A DNA stretch of 64,000 bases from the NCBI GenBank assembly GCA_051294905.1, contig CM119371.1, positions 34,412,001 to 34,476,000 on the forward strand, read 5' to 3'. Position 1 is the first letter of the stretch. Each line of letters opens with the position of its first letter. This DNA is from Botryllus schlosseri (Eukaryota). The notes beneath the pieces are model-generated. The model ran no database searches. It saw only the letters and a list, made by a program, of their open reading frames with translations, and was not told where the DNA came from. This document shows positions 63,140 through 64,000 of the stretch, piece after piece. Both the position numbers and the translations under genes were made by a program.

Positions 63140-63581
63140 CAGTGCTGAGCGGATATTGCTTTCTGAGAATCCGAATCCGTCCGACGGCTCGAGTCTCTAC
63201 GGAACTATCCGTCCGAATCCGAACAATATCAAGCAAAAATTCATAGGAATTCGAATATTGTCGTCCAGAATCCGAAAATACCGAATCGAATAACTTGTTC
63301 GAAGAATCCTGCTGAGCTGCGAGTAGTTTATAGGTTAGGGTTAGCTGATATATATTTGCTTGAACCTTTTACAGAACAACTCTAGACTGTCGCCAGTCTT
63401 ATCAGAACATGTTTACTGTTGGAGTTTGGTTGTCGAGCTGAAACTTTTTTCTTTTGGCATTAAATCACGTCACGTCTGGTCAGAACTATCCAATGATATC
63501 CGACGCAGAAGTTACAGCTATCCGAAAATATCCGGAACAAAGTTTGCAATAGAATCCGAATCCGTCCGATGCTCATCACGG
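63140..63581. mobile_element. hAT-type MITE with ATCCGA repeats
   Basis: CAGTGCTGAGC / GCTCATCACGG. Perfect TSD GTAGGAAC (63132-63139, 63582-63589). Confidence 0.85.
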
Positions 63582-64000
63582 GTAGGAACACGACGCCGTC
63601 CATATGTTTGATTTCGAAATACCCATGGTTCGCATCACGCTTTGCTCGGGGAATAGTCATAGACCGCAAAGTTATCTTTTTGTTTTTTTCTTGTTACGTC
63701 GTATAAAAGGCTAATATTGTAGAGGACGGTATGATCGATTGATTGGGTCTCTATTACCATTTTAATGGCACTATTCATTTATTCTCAAGCGTTGTTTTAG
63801 CGACTGTGGTGGCCGGTGCATGTATAGGGCGGTGGCGTGACCTGTCTTTAATATTTGCGTAGCTCAGGATCAGAGTTGGATCAATTACAATATTTTAATT
63901 CAATTACAATTGCAATCACAATTACTTCCTTGCATGTTTCAATTACATTACAATTACAATTACCCAATGCTAAAAATATCAAGTTGCAATTACAATTACA

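Noticed and set aside
63333..63344. Telomeric GGTTAG repeats
   Set aside because: Only about two units, inside a MITE; not a telomere or interstitial array.

Overview
AT-rich, repeat-dense eukaryotic DNA with short GT-AG introns and a hAT/MITE landscape, probably from a marine invertebrate such as an ascidian (inference). Almost all short ORFs in the supplied track are spurious. Real coding content is (i) three same-strand, intronless UBE2D/Ubc4-like E2 genes at 46.2, 50.7 and 56.9 kb and (ii) an intact 8-exon, 478-aa SAMD3-like gene (22469-27373). That gene sits inside a 7.3-kb CACTG-terminated EnSpm/CACTA-type transposon (20701-28020) whose transposase ORF appears reduced to its N-terminal C2H2 fingers and C-terminal tail. 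The transposon is itself nested in a hAT-type element with a perfect 8-bp TSD. A dispersed ~120-bp repeat (5 copies) folds as a minimal, pseudoknotted type I hammerhead ribozyme of the kind found in Penelope-like elements; the copy at 18912-18955 has a complete catalytic core. The rest is many MITEs with verifiable TIRs/TSDs (including a five-level nest at 10.1-15.9 kb), foldback elements, degraded hAT transposase and LINE fragments, SINE-like repeats and minisatellites. Family names rest on motif recognition by eye, not on database searches.
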